In this document: piece after piece, positions 16,688 through 29,652 of the stretch
Numbering within the stretch: position 1 is the first letter of the stretch
How the letters are laid out: every line of letters begins with the position of its first letter
NCBI GenBank assembly: GCA_035764505.1
Contig: DASTZC010000226.1
Location: 1 to 60,887 of the forward strand
DNA from: Candidatus Polarisedimenticolia bacterium
GTDB taxonomy: Bacteria; Acidobacteriota; Polarisedimenticolia; Gp22-AA2; AA152
Reading direction: 5' to 3'
DNA: 60,887 nt
Made by a program: the position numbers and the translations under genes
Notes under the pieces: generated by a model
Databases searched by the model: none
What the model was told of the DNA's origin: nothing
What the model saw: only the letters and a program-made list of their open reading frames with translations

Positions 16688-19600
16688 TGATCCATCGCCT
16701 GATCGAACTGTCGCTGCGAAACCGTCTCGCGGTGACCATGGCCGCCGTCCTCCTGGTCGCCGCCGGGGCGGTTGCGCTCGGAAGACTTCCCATCGATGCC
16801 ATGCCCGACGTCACCTCGGTCCAGGTGCAGGTGCTGACCAAGGCTCCGGCCCTCGGGCCTCTCGAGATCGAACAGTTCATCACGCGTCCCATCGAGAACG
16901 CGATGAGCGGCCTTCCCCGGCTCGAGGAGGTCCGCTCGGTCTCGCGCTACGGGCTGTCGGCCGTGACGGTCGTCTTCCAGGACGGGACCGACATCTACTG
17001 GGCCAGGAACCTCGTCGAGCAGCGTCTCTCCGCCGCCCAGGAGTCGATCCCACCCGACGTCGAGCGCCCGGAAATGGGCCCCATCTCCACCGGCCTCGGC
17101 GAGGTCTTCATGTTCGTCCTCGAAGGCGAGGGACACTCGGCGATGGAGCTGCGCACGCTGCTGGATTGGGACATTGCCTACCGGCTGCGCAGCGTCCCCG
17201 GGGTGATCGAGGTCAACACCTGGGGAGGGCTCGCGAAGCAATATCACGTCCTCCTGGATCCCGGCCGGCTCCTCGCCTACCACCTTTCGATTCCCCAGGT
17301 CTTCCAGGCGGTGGAGCGCAACAACCTGAACCGCGGCGGCGGCATCATCGAGAAAGGCGGCGAGGGCTATGTGATCCGCGGAGAAGGCATGGTTACCGGC
17401 GCCGCGGATCTGGAAAAGGTCGTCGTCGGCACCACCGCCGAGGGAACGCCCATCCTCATCCGGCACGTCGCCGAGGTGCGGGAAGGACCGATGCTGCGCA
17501 TCGGCGGCGCGACCAAGGATGGAAAAGGAGAAACGGTCATCGGGATGGTCATGATGCTCGCGGGCGAGAATGCGCGCGAAGTGGTGGGTCGCGTGAAACA
17601 GGCCCTCGACGAGATCCAGCCGACCCTCCCGAAGGGGATCCGGATCGTTCCCTACTACGACCGCGAGGCCCTCGTCTCGCGCGTCATCTCGACGGTTTCC
17701 AAGAACCTCGTCGAGGGAGGTCTCCTCGTCATCGCCGTCCTCCTGCTGGTGCTCGGAAACCTCCGGGGCGGGCTGATCGTCGCCTCCGCCATCCCTCTGT
17801 CGATGTTGATCGCCTTCATCGCCATGGTGCGCTCCGGCATCTCGGGGAACCTCATGAGCCTCGGAGCCATCGACTTCGGGCTGATCGTCGACGGCTCGGT
17901 CGTCATGGTGGAGAACATCGTGCGCCGGACCGCCGGCTCGCCACAGTCCCGCGACGAGCGCCAGCAATCCGTTCTGGCGGCCGCCCTGGAGGTCGGCAGA
18001 CCGATCGCCTTCGCCGTCGGGATCATCCTGATCGTCTACCTGCCAATCCTGTCCCTCAGCGGCATCGAAGGGAAGATGTTCCGGCCCATGGCCTGGACCG
18101 TGGTTTTCGCGATCGCCGGGTCGCTCCTGGTGGCCCTCACGATTATCCCGGTGCTCTGCTCTCTGGTCCTTCCTCCACAGGTCAGAGAGCGGGAAACCTG
18201 GCTTCTCCGGGCGGCGCATCGAGCCTACGAGCCGGCTCTCCGATGGGCGATGGCACGTCCCCGAGCCACCGGCCTCATCGCCCTCGGGGTCTTTTGCCTC
18301 TCGATGCTCGCCGTCCCCTTTCTCGGTGCGGAGTTCGTCCCGCGCCTCGACGAAGGCGATATCGTGATCCAGGCTTCGCGCCTGCCCAGCGTGTCGCTCA
18401 CGCAGTCGCTTGCCTCGACCACTCAGATCGAAAAGGTCCTGGTCAAGATTCCCGAAGTCGAGACGGTCGTGTCCCGTACCGGAAGCCCCGAAGTGGCCAC
18501 CGACGTGATGGGCCTGGATCTCTCCGATGTTTTCGTCATTCTCAAGCCCCCGGGGGAATGGCGCCGCGGGATCGACAAGCAGGAGCTCATCGCCGAAATG
18601 CACGAGGCCCTCGAAAAGAACGTCCCGGCCAACGTCTTCAGCTTCACCCAGCCGATCGAGATGCGCTTCAACGAGCTGATCGCGGGCGCCAAGAGCGACC
18701 TGGCTGTGAAGGTTTTCGGAGACGATCTCGACGTCCTCTCCGCCAAGGCCGCCGAGCTCGGCTCCCTGATCGCAAGGATTCCCGGCGCGGCGGACGTCCG
18801 CATCGAGCAGACCGCGGGACTCCCCATGATTCGCGTCGTGGTGAACCGGGATCGAATCGCCCGCCTGGGAGCCAGCGCGGACGACGTGCTGTCGGCCGTC
18901 GAGGCGGCCCGCAGCGGGCGGATCGTGGGAAGCGTCCTGGAAGGAAGGCGCCGCTTCGAAATCGCGGTGCGTCTCAAGGAGGGCGTCGCGACCGATCCCC
19001 ATTCCCTTGCCGCGGTTCCTGTCGGGACGCAGGACGGCCGACTGATACCGCTGGCCCAGCTGGCGGATATCGAGATCCAGGAAGGTCCGGCCCAGATCAG
19101 CCGGGAGCAGGCGCTCCGCCGGGTCACCATCGAAGCCAATGTGCGCGGCCGCGACATCGCCGGCTTCGTCGCCGAGGCCCGCCGTGCCGTGGCGACCCGC
19201 CTCGACCTGCCTTCAGGCTACTACGTGACCTGGGGTGGGCAGTTCGAGCATCTCGAGGCGGCGACGAGACGCCTCGCCATCGCCGTTCCGTTCGCCCTTT
19301 TCCTGATTCTCACGCTCCTGTACGCCGCCTTCGGATCGATCCGGGCGGCGGCGCTGATCTTCCTGAACGTGCCGATGGCGGCCACCGGAGGCATCGGCGC
19401 TCTCCTCGTCCGCGGCATGCCCTTCAGCATCTCGGCGGGAATCGGCTTCATCGCGCTCTTCGGGGTCGCCGTCCTCAACGGCGTCGTCCTTCTCTCGTTC
19501 ACCCGCAAGCTGGAGACCGAGGAGGGAATGGATCCGGGGCAAGCTGCCCTGCGCGCGGCCCATATCCGCCTTCGCCCGGTCCTGATGACGGCGCTGGTCG

Positions 19601-19779
19601 CGAGCCTGGGATTCGTGCCGATGGCGCTCGCAACGGGAGCCGGAGCGGAAGTCCAGAAGCCGCTCGCCACGGTGGTCATCGGAGGGTTGCTCACGTCGAC
19701 GCTTCTGACCTTGCTGGTCCTTCCGACGCTTTATCGATGGTTCGCCGGACCGGGAACAGCAGCGTCGCAGCGACCCTGA
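16687..19779 (+). CDS. CusA/CzcA-family heavy-metal efflux RND permease
   Basis: 1030 aa. N-terminus is MIHRLIELSLRNRLAVTMAAVLLV...PDVTSVQVQVLT, with 12-TM HME-RND architecture. Cation specificity cannot be told from sequence alone. Confidence 0.95.
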   Translation: MIHRLIELSLRNRLAVTMAAVLLVAAGAVALGRLPIDAMPDVTSVQVQVLTKAPALGPLEIEQFITRPIENAMSGLPRLEEVRSVSRYGLSAVTVVFQDGTDIYWARNLVEQRLSAAQESIPPDVERPEMGPISTGLGEVFMFVLEGEGHSAMELRTLLDWDIAYRLRSVPGVIEVNTWGGLAKQYHVLLDPGRLLAYHLSIPQVFQAVERNNLNRGGGIIEKGGEGYVIRGEGMVTGAADLEKVVVGTTAEGTPILIRHVAEVREGPMLRIGGATKDGKGETVIGMVMMLAGENAREVVGRVKQALDEIQPTLPKGIRIVPYYDREALVSRVISTVSKNLVEGGLLVIAVLLLVLGNLRGGLIVASAIPLSMLIAFIAMVRSGISGNLMSLGAIDFGLIVDGSVVMVENIVRRTAGSPQSRDERQQSVLAAALEVGRPIAFAVGIILIVYLPILSLSGIEGKMFRPMAWTVVFAIAGSLLVALTIIPVLCSLVLPPQVRERETWLLRAAHRAYEPALRWAMARPRATGLIALGVFCLSMLAVPFLGAEFVPRLDEGDIVIQASRLPSVSLTQSLASTTQIEKVLVKIPEVETVVSRTGSPEVATDVMGLDLSDVFVILKPPGEWRRGIDKQELIAEMHEALEKNVPANVFSFTQPIEMRFNELIAGAKSDLAVKVFGDDLDVLSAKAAELGSLIARIPGAADVRIEQTAGLPMIRVVVNRDRIARLGASADDVLSAVEAARSGRIVGSVLEGRRRFEIAVRLKEGVATDPHSLAAVPVGTQDGRLIPLAQLADIEIQEGPAQISREQALRRVTIEANVRGRDIAGFVAEARRAVATRLDLPSGYYVTWGGQFEHLEAATRRLAIAVPFALFLILTLLYAAFGSIRAAALIFLNVPMAATGGIGALLVRGMPFSISAGIGFIALFGVAVLNGVVLLSFTRKLETEEGMDPGQAALRAAHIRLRPVLMTALVASLGFVPMALATGAGAEVQKPLATVVIGGLLTSTLLTLLVLPTLYRWFAGPGTAASQRP

Positions 19780-19863
19780 GCCGCCAATTCTCGTGCCGCT
19801 GACGGGAACCATCTCTCGTGTCGCCCCGATGCGAGAACGCCGTCACGTCGCCGACGGTGTCCG

Positions 19864-20511
19864 CTACTTCCGCACCGTGGGCACCGGGGCGATGGTGTCG
19901 AGAGCGAATTTCTCGGCCTGCGGCGTCGCGAGCCCGATCGCCACAGCCTCCTCGCGGGCCTTGTCGATGGTCCATCCGTCCTTCAGGACGCGCTTGATCA
20001 TCCACAGGGAGCCCACCCGGTTTCCCGACTTGCAATGGATGAACACCGGCTGGTTCGCGGGAGCGCCCAGGACGGCCAGGAACTTCTCGACCACATCCGG
20101 ATCGGGATGGGCCGGATCGAAAGGAATATGGAAGTAAGCGAGCTTCGCCTGCAGGGCCGCCGCTCTGCCCGCCTCGACGTCGGCGCCTTCCTCGGTCGCG
20201 GCCCGCAGGTTGATGACCGAGGCGAAGCCTTGCTTCTTGAGGAAGGCCATCGCCGAGGGCTCGGTCGCCCCGCCGAAGCCGAACCTGGCGCCCCCATAAC
20301 CGCGGGAGCCTTCCAGCAGGGAGTAATTCTTGATCCCCGGAGCCTCCGACTTCTTCACCGCGGGGTCGACGGATGGAGTCGGCTCCAGGGCCGAAGCGGC
20401 GCCCAACCCGATCAACAGTCCACAGAAGATCGCCGCCGCAAAAGGGTGCAGGCGCCGGGGTGAGTCCCGAGGGCTTGAGAAGCGACGGATTATCGCGCCG
20501 AAGCCTCTCAT
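19864..20511 (-). CDS. DUF442/BLH-type phosphatase-fold (PTP-like) secreted protein
   Basis: Start chosen at MRGFGAIIRRF..., followed by a hydrophobic signal. The active-site-like loop is FIHCKSGNRVGS (C-x4-R). Confidence 0.65.
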   Translation of the reverse strand: MRGFGAIIRRFSSPRDSPRRLHPFAAAIFCGLLIGLGAASALEPTPSVDPAVKKSEAPGIKNYSLLEGSRGYGGARFGFGGATEPSAMAFLKKQGFASVINLRAATEEGADVEAGRAAALQAKLAYFHIPFDPAHPDPDVVEKFLAVLGAPANQPVFIHCKSGNRVGSLWMIKRVLKDGWTIDKAREEAVAIGLATPQAEKFALDTIAPVPTVRK

Positions 20512-20773
20512 GAGCGGAATCCCGTCGCCGTTTCCGAGGATGTGTGGCTCGAGTCGTCTAGGCGGTGCCGGCAGGTGTCGCAGGAGCCTCCAAGGCAGGA
20601 ACAGGGCACCCCGTCGGCCTGCGCCTCGCTGCACAGCCCCGTTCCGCGCCACTCACGCATCCGCCCTTCGCTTGCGCCAGCATCGCTTTGGCATCGCATC
20701 GAGCCCTTCCTGTCCGCTTCACGAGAATTGCCGAGCATCGCGACCTCCATGCGCGGCCGGACCGCGCCTTGGT

Positions 20774-23088
<2,315 letters not shown>

Positions 23089-23089
<1 letters not shown>

Positions 23090-24045
23090 CAAGCCACGGC
23101 CGGAACCGCCGCCTTCGCCGTTCGATCGTAGCCGTACACGGGCTCGGCCCACGCGCGGTATTCGGGGATTCTGCCCCGCACCACGCGCTCGTAGAGCGAT
23201 TGCAGCTGCAGGGTCAGGGGACCCGGAGCGCCGTTGGCGATCACGCGCCCGTCGATGCGCGTCACCGGAGCGATCTGGGCGGCGGTCCCGCAAAGGAAGA
23301 GCTCGTCGGCCACCACCAGCTCCGCCCGGTCCACTCCGCGCTCGTCGGTGCGGACGTCCAGCACCTCGCGCGCCATGCGGATGATGGTGTCCCGCGTGAT
23401 CCCTTCCAGGATTCCCTGGGAAGCGTCGGGCGTCACCAGGCGCCCGTCGCGCACCATGAACAGGTTCATGGCGCTCCCCTCCGCGACCCGCCCTTCCTCG
23501 TTGAGGAAGATCGCCTCGTCGAAGCCCCGATCGCGCGCCTCCTGCGCCGCCAGCGCGGAGTTGACGTAGGCGCCGCAGATCTTGGCCCGGCACGGAATGG
23601 AATTGTCCTGAAGCCGCCGCCACGATGAGATGCCGCAATGCAGCCCCTTGCGGGTGTCGACGTAGTCCCCCATGGGCACCGCGATCATCGCGAAGGACTC
23701 CTCAACAGGCAGGTTGACGCCCACCTTGGTGGCCGCCTTGAAGGCGATGGGCCTGACATAGACGTCGGTCTCGAAACCGTTCAGGCGGATCAGCCGCGCG
23801 GCAATCCTGGCCAGATCCGCGGGCTGGGCCAGCATCCGGATCTTCAGGAACTTCACGTTCTGGGCCATGCGCGCGAAGTGATCGGTGGCACGAAACAGCA
23901 GCACCTCGCGGCTCTCCTCGTCACGGTAGGCGCGAATCCCCTCGAACACTCCCGTGCCGTACTGCAGGCCGTGGGTCAGCAGCGGAATGCGCGCCTGCGA
24001 TTCCGGCATGAAGTGTCCGTTCAGGAAAACAACCTGCTCCGCCAT
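23089..24045 (-). CDS. ilvE: branched-chain amino acid aminotransferase
   Basis: 318 aa counted from MAEQVVFLNGHFMPESQARIPLLTHGLQYGTGVFEGIRAY. It shows class IV aminotransferase motifs and has a GAGGAGGGA RBS. Confidence 0.9.
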
Positions 24046-24073
24046 GTTGATCCCTCCTCGGCCTCGCGGCCGC

Positions 24074-25405
24074 TCAATAACCGCCGACCATCGCCTCGCG
24101 GCTCGCGGAGCCGTCGAGCAGGTGGCGGGCAACGGCATGTTCCGTCAGCGCCTCCCGGAAGTCGGGATGCGCAATGGCGATCAGCGCCGCGGCGCGCCGC
24201 CGCAGAGAGAGGCCGTGAAGCCGGGCGACCCCATACTCCGTGACCACGGCATGCACGTCGGCGCGGGTTGTCACGATCCCGGACCCGAGGTCGAGCATCG
24301 GCACGATGCGCGACACGCGCCCGCCCTTGGCGGTGGACGGCAGTGCGATGATCGGGATGCCGCCCTTCGAGCGCGCCGCACCGCGGATGAAATCGACCTG
24401 TCCGCCGAAGCCGGAGTAGATCGACGTCCCGATCGTGTCGGCGCACACCTGCCCGGTCAGGTCGATCTGCAGCGCCGAGTTGATCGCCACCATGCGGTCA
24501 TTGGCGGCGATGACGAAAGGATCGTTGGTGTACTCGGTCGGGTGCAGCTCGATGATCGGATTGTTGTGGACGAAGCGGTAGAGCCTGCGACTTCCCATGA
24601 GGAATCCCGCCACGACCTTCCCCCGGTGCAGAGACTTGCGCTCGTTGTTGATGACCCCCGATTCGATCAGGTCCACCACCCCATCGGAGAACATCTCGGT
24701 GTGCACTCCCAGGTCCCGGCGGTCTCCCAGCTCGGCCAGGACCGCGTCGGGGATGCCGCCGATGCCCATCTGCAGGGTGGCGCCGTCCTCGATCAGCCCG
24801 GCGACGTGCCGCGCGATGCGGCGGTGCAGCTCGCCGGCGGGATGCCGCGGCAGCTCCAGGACCGGATGGTCGGTCTCGATGATGGCGTCGAGCTTGCGGA
24901 TGTGGATGAAGGAGTCGCCCAGGGTCCGGGGCATCTGCTGGTTGACCTCGGCGATGACCAGGCGCGCCGCCTCGGCCGCCGCTTTGGTGGTGTCCACGCC
25001 GACGCCGTATGAGCAGAAGCCGTGCTCGTCGGGCGGCGACACCTGGATCAGGCAGATATCGATGGGCATCGCCCCGCGGAACAGCGAGGGGATCTCCGAA
25101 AGGAAGATCGGCATGTAATCGGAGCGCCCGTCGTTGACCGCCTCGCGCACGTTGGCGCCGACGAACATGGCGGTGTGCCGAAAGTGCGGCTCCATGCCCG
25201 GCCTCACGTAACCGGCATCTCCCAGGGTGAGCAGGTGGATAATCTCCACGTCGCGCAGGGAGGAGGCCCGGGCGATCAAGGCCCGAACCAGGGCCTCCGG
25301 CTCGGATGCCCCCGGATGGATGTAGACGCGCTCTCCCGAGCGGACGCGCTCGATGGCCTTCTCGGGCGTCGTCACCTTGGCACGATAGGCCGTGAACCAG
25401 CTCAC
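24074..25405 (-). CDS. acetyl-CoA hydrolase/transferase family protein (4-hydroxybutyrate/succinyl-CoA:acetate CoA-transferase-like)
   Basis: 443 aa from a GTG start (VSWFTAYRAKVTTPEKAIERV) with a GGGAGG RBS. Motifs are GIGGIPDAV, SGFGGQVDF and IIALPST. Confidence 0.85.
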   Translation of the reverse strand: MSWFTAYRAKVTTPEKAIERVRSGERVYIHPGASEPEALVRALIARASSLRDVEIIHLLTLGDAGYVRPGMEPHFRHTAMFVGANVREAVNDGRSDYMPIFLSEIPSLFRGAMPIDICLIQVSPPDEHGFCSYGVGVDTTKAAAEAARLVIAEVNQQMPRTLGDSFIHIRKLDAIIETDHPVLELPRHPAGELHRRIARHVAGLIEDGATLQMGIGGIPDAVLAELGDRRDLGVHTEMFSDGVVDLIESGVINNERKSLHRGKVVAGFLMGSRRLYRFVHNNPIIELHPTEYTNDPFVIAANDRMVAINSALQIDLTGQVCADTIGTSIYSGFGGQVDFIRGAARSKGGIPIIALPSTAKGGRVSRIVPMLDLGSGIVTTRADVHAVVTEYGVARLHGLSLRRRAAALIAIAHPDFREALTEHAVARHLLDGSASREAMVGGY

Positions 25406-26565
25406 GGGCGCCTCCCTGCCGCGGCTGACGGCGCCATCGGCTGGGGCGCCCCGACGATTTCGCCGATCGCGGTGGCGCGCAGCCCGAATGCCCGGCCGAC
25501 GCTGGGACAGACCAGCTCGCCCTGGTAGAGATAGAGGCCCCGGGCGAAGCCCGGCTCGCGCATCAGAGTGGAGTCGAGGCCGCGCGCTGCCAGCGTCTCC
25601 ACGAAGGGCAGGGCGGCATAAGTAAGCGCCAGGGACGCGGTTCGGGCCACCGCGGAGCTCAGGTTGGGCACGGCGCAATGGACCACTTCGTGCTCGACGA
25701 AAACCGGATCAGCCAGCGTGGTCGGCCGGCTGGTCTCAACGCACCCCCCCTGGTCAATCGCCAGGTCGATGATCACGGCGCCCGGCTTCATCCTTCGCAC
25801 CACCTCACGGGTGACGATCAGCGGCGCCCGCTCGCCGCGCACCAGGACCGCTCCGATGACCACGTCGGCATAGGCGACAGCGCGATCCACCGAAGCCAGG
25901 TGCGAGACCTCCGTGACGATGCCACGCCCGAAGATCTCGTCGGCGCGGCGCAGCGCCGTCAGGCTCGTGTCGAGCAGCGTGACCTGAGCTCCATTGCCGA
26001 CCGCGCGGCGAGCGGCCGCGACCCCGGAAACGCCGGCTCCGAGAATGACGACGTGCGCCGGCGGGATGCCAATCGAGCCGCCGAGCAGGATGCCGCGGCC
26101 GCCGGAAAGCGTCTGGAGCTGGTGGGCCGCGACGCCGACCGCGAGCTGGCCGCCAATCTCGCTCATGGCGTGCAAAACCGGCGCGTCGCCGTGGGAGTCC
26201 TCCAGGATCTCCAATCCGATCAGCGTGACGCCGCGGCGCAGAAGGGCCTCGAGGTGGCTCCTGGAGGCGGCTGCGAGGTGGTGGAAGGCGAGGATGGCCT
26301 GGCCCTCGCGCAGATGCGGAACTTCCTCCGCGGCCAAAGCCGAGACCTTTATCACCAGGTCGGCCCTGCCGAACACCTCGTCGGTGCCGTACACCACGCG
26401 GGCCCCGGCGTCGGCGTACTTCTCATCCGCGAAGCGCGCCGCCCGCCCCGCTCCCGACTCGATCACCACCACGTGTCCCTGATGGACGAGGGACCGTGCC
26501 CCGGCCGGCGTCAGCGCCACGCGATGCTCCGTGGCGACGCGCTCCCGCGGGACTCCCAGGATCAT
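25402..26565 (-). CDS. ald: alanine dehydrogenase
   Basis: 387 aa counted from [27 protein letters not shown]. The Rossmann motif VVILGAGVSGVAAA is present, and the layout is AlaDH/PNT N- and C-domain. Confidence 0.85.
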   Translation of the reverse strand: MILGVPRERVATEHRVALTPAGARSLVHQGHVVVIESGAGRAARFADEKYADAGARVVYGTDEVFGRADLVIKVSALAAEEVPHLREGQAILAFHHLAAASRSHLEALLRRGVTLIGLEILEDSHGDAPVLHAMSEIGGQLAVGVAAHQLQTLSGGRGILLGGSIGIPPAHVVILGAGVSGVAAARRAVGNGAQVTLLDTSLTALRRADEIFGRGIVTEVSHLASVDRAVAYADVVIGAVLVRGERAPLIVTREVVRRMKPGAVIIDLAIDQGGCVETSRPTTLADPVFVEHEVVHCAVPNLSSAVARTASLALTYAALPFVETLAARGLDSTLMREPGFARGLYLYQGELVCPSVGRAFGLRATAIGEIVGAPQPMAPSAAAGRRP

Positions 26566-28022
26566 GATGCTCCTCCGCGGAGGGCGGGGGTCGCCTGACG
26601 GATCCCCTCCTCCAGCGCGTTGAGGTTCAGCTCCAGGGCGCCCGGCTTGAGCGCGTGCTGCTGCAGTGCCGCGCGCACGGCCCATACCGGAAGAATGCCG
26701 GTCCTGCCGATCCAGGCCCCGAGCGCCACCAGGTTGGCGGCGCGCGCCGAGCCCAGATGCTCGGCGATGGAGGTGGCGGGAACGGCCAGAACTTCGCGGT
26801 CGGACAACGGTGGGGGATCTTGGATCAGCCCCGAATCGTAGATGATGAGACCCTGGGGCCCGACGTCCTCCGCGAATTTCATCAGGGAGGGCCGATTGAA
26901 GGCGAACAGCACCGAAGCCTCGCTCACCAGCGGCGAGTCGACTTCGTGTTCGCTCAGAATGACGTGGCAGTGGGCCGTGCCGCCGCGCATCTCGGGGCCA
27001 TAGGAAGGCAGCCAGGAGACGGCCCGGCCGCTCAACATGCCAGCCTCCGCGATGACCGTGCCGAGGAACAACACTCCTTGGCCGCCGAAGCCGGCCACCT
27101 TGATGCGCGGATTCCGGAAGCGCGGCTCAATCGCCTCGGCCGACCAGCCGTCGTGCGTCCCTCCCGGAACGGCCTGGGCTGCATCGAGCCCCAGGACTTT
27201 TGGCACATCGACCGGCTCGACGCGGCGGCGTGCTCCGGTGGGTTTGCGGCCTTCGACTCTCACGTCGCGCTTCACACCCAGCGGAAACGTCTTCGTCATG
27301 GTTTCCAGAACCCACCTCGCCGAGTCGGGAGGCTCCTGCTTCCAGCCCGTCGGGCAGGGGGACAGCACCTCGACGAGGGAGAAGCCCTTCCCTTCCATCT
27401 GGTTCTTGATCGCCTTGCGGACGGCCCGCCGGACCTGCAGGTCATGCCGACCGTCCCCGAGAGCCACCCGCTCAAGGTAGACGGGGGCATCCAGCGAGCC
27501 GAGGAGCTCGCAGACCTTGATGGGATAGCCCTCCTGCTCGGGGGCGCGTCCGCGGGGCGTGGTCGAGGTGATCTGGCCCACGAGCGAAGTGGGAGCAAGC
27601 TGCCCGCCCGTCATCCCGTACAGGGCGTTGTTGATGAAGATGACGGTCAGGTCCTCGCCGCGCGCGGCCGCCTGCAGAATCTCGTTGCCACCGATGGCGG
27701 CGAGATCCCCATCTCCCTGGTAGACGATGACGATGCTGTCGGGTCGCGCCCGCTTGACCGCGGTGGCGACCGCCGGGGCCCGCCCGTGCGGCGCCTGGAT
27801 GTGCCCCACGTCCAGATAGTAGTAAGCGAAGACGGAGCAGCCGACGGGATTGATGAAGACCATCCGATCGGCAATCCCGAGGTCGTCGACCGCCTCCGCC
27901 ACCAGCTTGTGCACGTTGCCGTGGCCGCAGCCCGGGCAGTAATGGGTGACCGTCGGGTCTCCGTCCTTGCGATCGAAGGCCGGATAGAACGACCGGGGCC
28001 GCTCATGAAGCAGCTTGAGCAT
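26562..28022 (-). CDS. 2-oxoacid:ferredoxin oxidoreductase, fused beta (TPP-binding) and gamma subunits
   Basis: 486 aa. The N-terminal part is HYCPGCGHG...[15 protein letters not shown]...[11 protein letters not shown] (beta). The C-terminal part is [22 protein letters not shown]...SYGPEMRGG (gamma). Confidence 0.88.
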   Translation of the reverse strand: MLKLLHERPRSFYPAFDRKDGDPTVTHYCPGCGHGNVHKLVAEAVDDLGIADRMVFINPVGCSVFAYYYLDVGHIQAPHGRAPAVATAVKRARPDSIVIVYQGDGDLAAIGGNEILQAAARGEDLTVIFINNALYGMTGGQLAPTSLVGQITSTTPRGRAPEQEGYPIKVCELLGSLDAPVYLERVALGDGRHDLQVRRAVRKAIKNQMEGKGFSLVEVLSPCPTGWKQEPPDSARWVLETMTKTFPLGVKRDVRVEGRKPTGARRRVEPVDVPKVLGLDAAQAVPGGTHDGWSAEAIEPRFRNPRIKVAGFGGQGVLFLGTVIAEAGMLSGRAVSWLPSYGPEMRGGTAHCHVILSEHEVDSPLVSEASVLFAFNRPSLMKFAEDVGPQGLIIYDSGLIQDPPPLSDREVLAVPATSIAEHLGSARAANLVALGAWIGRTGILPVWAVRAALQQHALKPGALELNLNALEEGIRQATPALRGGAS

Positions 28023-29145
28023 GACTCACCTCCCGCGCCGGCTTGAACGCCGCCGCCCAGCGCCGTCCCTCCATGACCCGGACCGCCTCGGCGGCAATCT
28101 CCTCCGCCGAAGGGACATTGCCTCCCATGCGACCGTAGAAGGCGACCGGACATCGCTCGCCGGCAGCCAGCCGCACGTCCTCCACCATCTGCCCGGCGCT
28201 CAGCTCGACGACGAGGATCTTCGCGACGCGGTGCGCCAGCCGGCGCATGACCGCCTCGGGAAAAGGCCAGAGCGTCAGCGGCCGCAGCAGCCCGGCCCGA
28301 ATCCCCGCGCCTCGCAGCAGGACCAGCGCACGGCGCAGCACGCGCGCGACGATGCCATAGCCCACCAGGAGGATCTCCGCGTCGGCCACGGCCTCTTCGA
28401 CGTAGCGCACTTCGCTTTGCCGGATCGTCTCGTATTTGACCTGCAAACCGCGCTCGTGCTGCTCGAGGGCGTCGTGGGACAGGAAGATGGAGGTGATCAG
28501 GTTGTGCCGGGTGGCGGCATCGCCCCGCACCGCCCAGGGCCGCGCGGGTGGAGCCGTCGGTGCGAGCGGCAGCTTCACCGGCTCCATCGTCTGCCCGACG
28601 AAGCCGTCCGCCAGGACGAAGGCCGGATTGCGGTACTTGTCCGACAGCTCGAAGGCCAGCACCGTGAGGTCGGCCATCTCCTGCGCCGAGGCAGGCGCCA
28701 GGACGATGTTGCGGTAGCAGCCGTGGCCGCCGCCCTTGACCACCTGGAAGTAGTCGCCCTGCTCGGGACCGATGTTCCCGAGGCCGGGGCCCCCACGCAT
28801 GATGTCGACGACGACGATCGGCAGCTCGGAGCCGGCCGCGTAGGAGACCCCTTCCATCATGAGGGAGATGCCCGGGCTGGAGGACCCGGTCATCGTGCGC
28901 TCACCGGCCGACGATGCGCCATACAGCATGTTGATGGCCGCAACCTCGCTTTCCGCCTGCAGGAAGGTGCCGCCGCAAGGCGGGAACAGCCGCGCCGCCG
29001 TTTCGGCCAGCTCGCTCGCCGGCGTGATGGGATATCCGTAAAACGATCGGCAGCCGGCCAGCAGGGCTCCATGGATTGCCGCCTCGTTCCCTTTCATCAG
29101 GCGCGGCTCGGCGCGTCGAGCTCCCTTAGGCAGCGGGCTGCTCAT
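28003..29145 (-). CDS. 2-oxoacid:ferredoxin oxidoreductase alpha subunit
   Basis: 380 aa counted from MSSPLPKG. Motifs are [29 protein letters not shown] and [22 protein letters not shown] lies 7 nt upstream of ATG 29145. Confidence 0.88.
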   Translation of the reverse strand: MSSPLPKGARRAEPRLMKGNEAAIHGALLAGCRSFYGYPITPASELAETAARLFPPCGGTFLQAESEVAAINMLYGASSAGERTMTGSSSPGISLMMEGVSYAAGSELPIVVVDIMRGGPGLGNIGPEQGDYFQVVKGGGHGCYRNIVLAPASAQEMADLTVLAFELSDKYRNPAFVLADGFVGQTMEPVKLPLAPTAPPARPWAVRGDAATRHNLITSIFLSHDALEQHERGLQVKYETIRQSEVRYVEEAVADAEILLVGYGIVARVLRRALVLLRGAGIRAGLLRPLTLWPFPEAVMRRLAHRVAKILVVELSAGQMVEDVRLAAGERCPVAFYGRMGGNVPSAEEIAAEAVRVMEGRRWAAAFKPAREVSHAQAAS

Positions 29146-29374
29146 CGGCATCCCTCCTGTAGACGGCGATGGCCCCCGGCTCGGGGCAGGCATAGAAACA
29201 GTGGCTGTCGGCCAGGCACCCCTCGCCGGCAAACCTGACCGGGTGATATCCCTGGTGATTGAAGCCCGCGGAATGCGACAGGCAATTCCCCGGGCAGACG
29301 GAGATGCACAGGCCGCACCCCTTGCATTCCTCGCTGTTGATCACGACCCAACCGTGCGCTCTTGCACCAGGCAT
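29126..29374 (-). CDS. 4Fe-4S ferredoxin-type delta subunit of the oxidoreductase
   Basis: 82 aa counted from [30 protein letters not shown], with a second cluster motif [22 protein letters not shown]. First gene of the operon. Confidence 0.8.
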   Translation of the reverse strand: MPGARAHGWVVINSEECKGCGLCISVCPGNCLSHSAGFNHQGYHPVRFAGEGCLADSHCFYACPEPGAIAVYRRDADEQPAA

Positions 29375-29652
29375 GGCGATCCTCCTCGGCAACAGGCATA
29401 GCAGGGTCCGTGCCTGATTCACGAGGATGGATCGATGAGATCCCGGGGACCTCAGCCTCGCCGTGGAGGCGGGTTTGTGGGCCTTTCAGGCGCGATGAGC
29501 AGGTTCTTTCGCGTCGCGCGGCGCGTCGTGATTCCCGGCGCGCCGAAACTTCTGCGGCGGCGCTCAGTTCTCGCGCATCGTTTGCGGTGGGAGGAAGCGA
29601 GAGACTTGGTGGGATTTCGCATCCCGGGCGGACACCCGGCGGGACGGTTCCC

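Noticed and set aside
16228-19002. 924-aa ORF on the minus strand, and the 878-aa +2-frame ORF at 17166..19802
   Set aside because: Both lie entirely inside the CzcA-like RND gene. Their translations are Arg/Gly/Pro/Asp-rich low-complexity sequence typical of off-frame reading of high-GC DNA, whereas the 16687..19779 frame gives a textbook 12-TM RND protein.
23090-23638. N-terminal 183-aa extension of the maeB track ORF (954 aa). Similar upstream extensions occur on the ilvE, CoA-transferase, ald, alpha-subunit, bcrB, bcrC, dch and GNAT ORFs.
   Set aside because: The extensions overlap the preceding genes in another frame and are Arg/Gly/Pro-rich. Conserved N-termini with good RBSs or 4-nt coupling overlaps occur at the internal starts used in the feature table.
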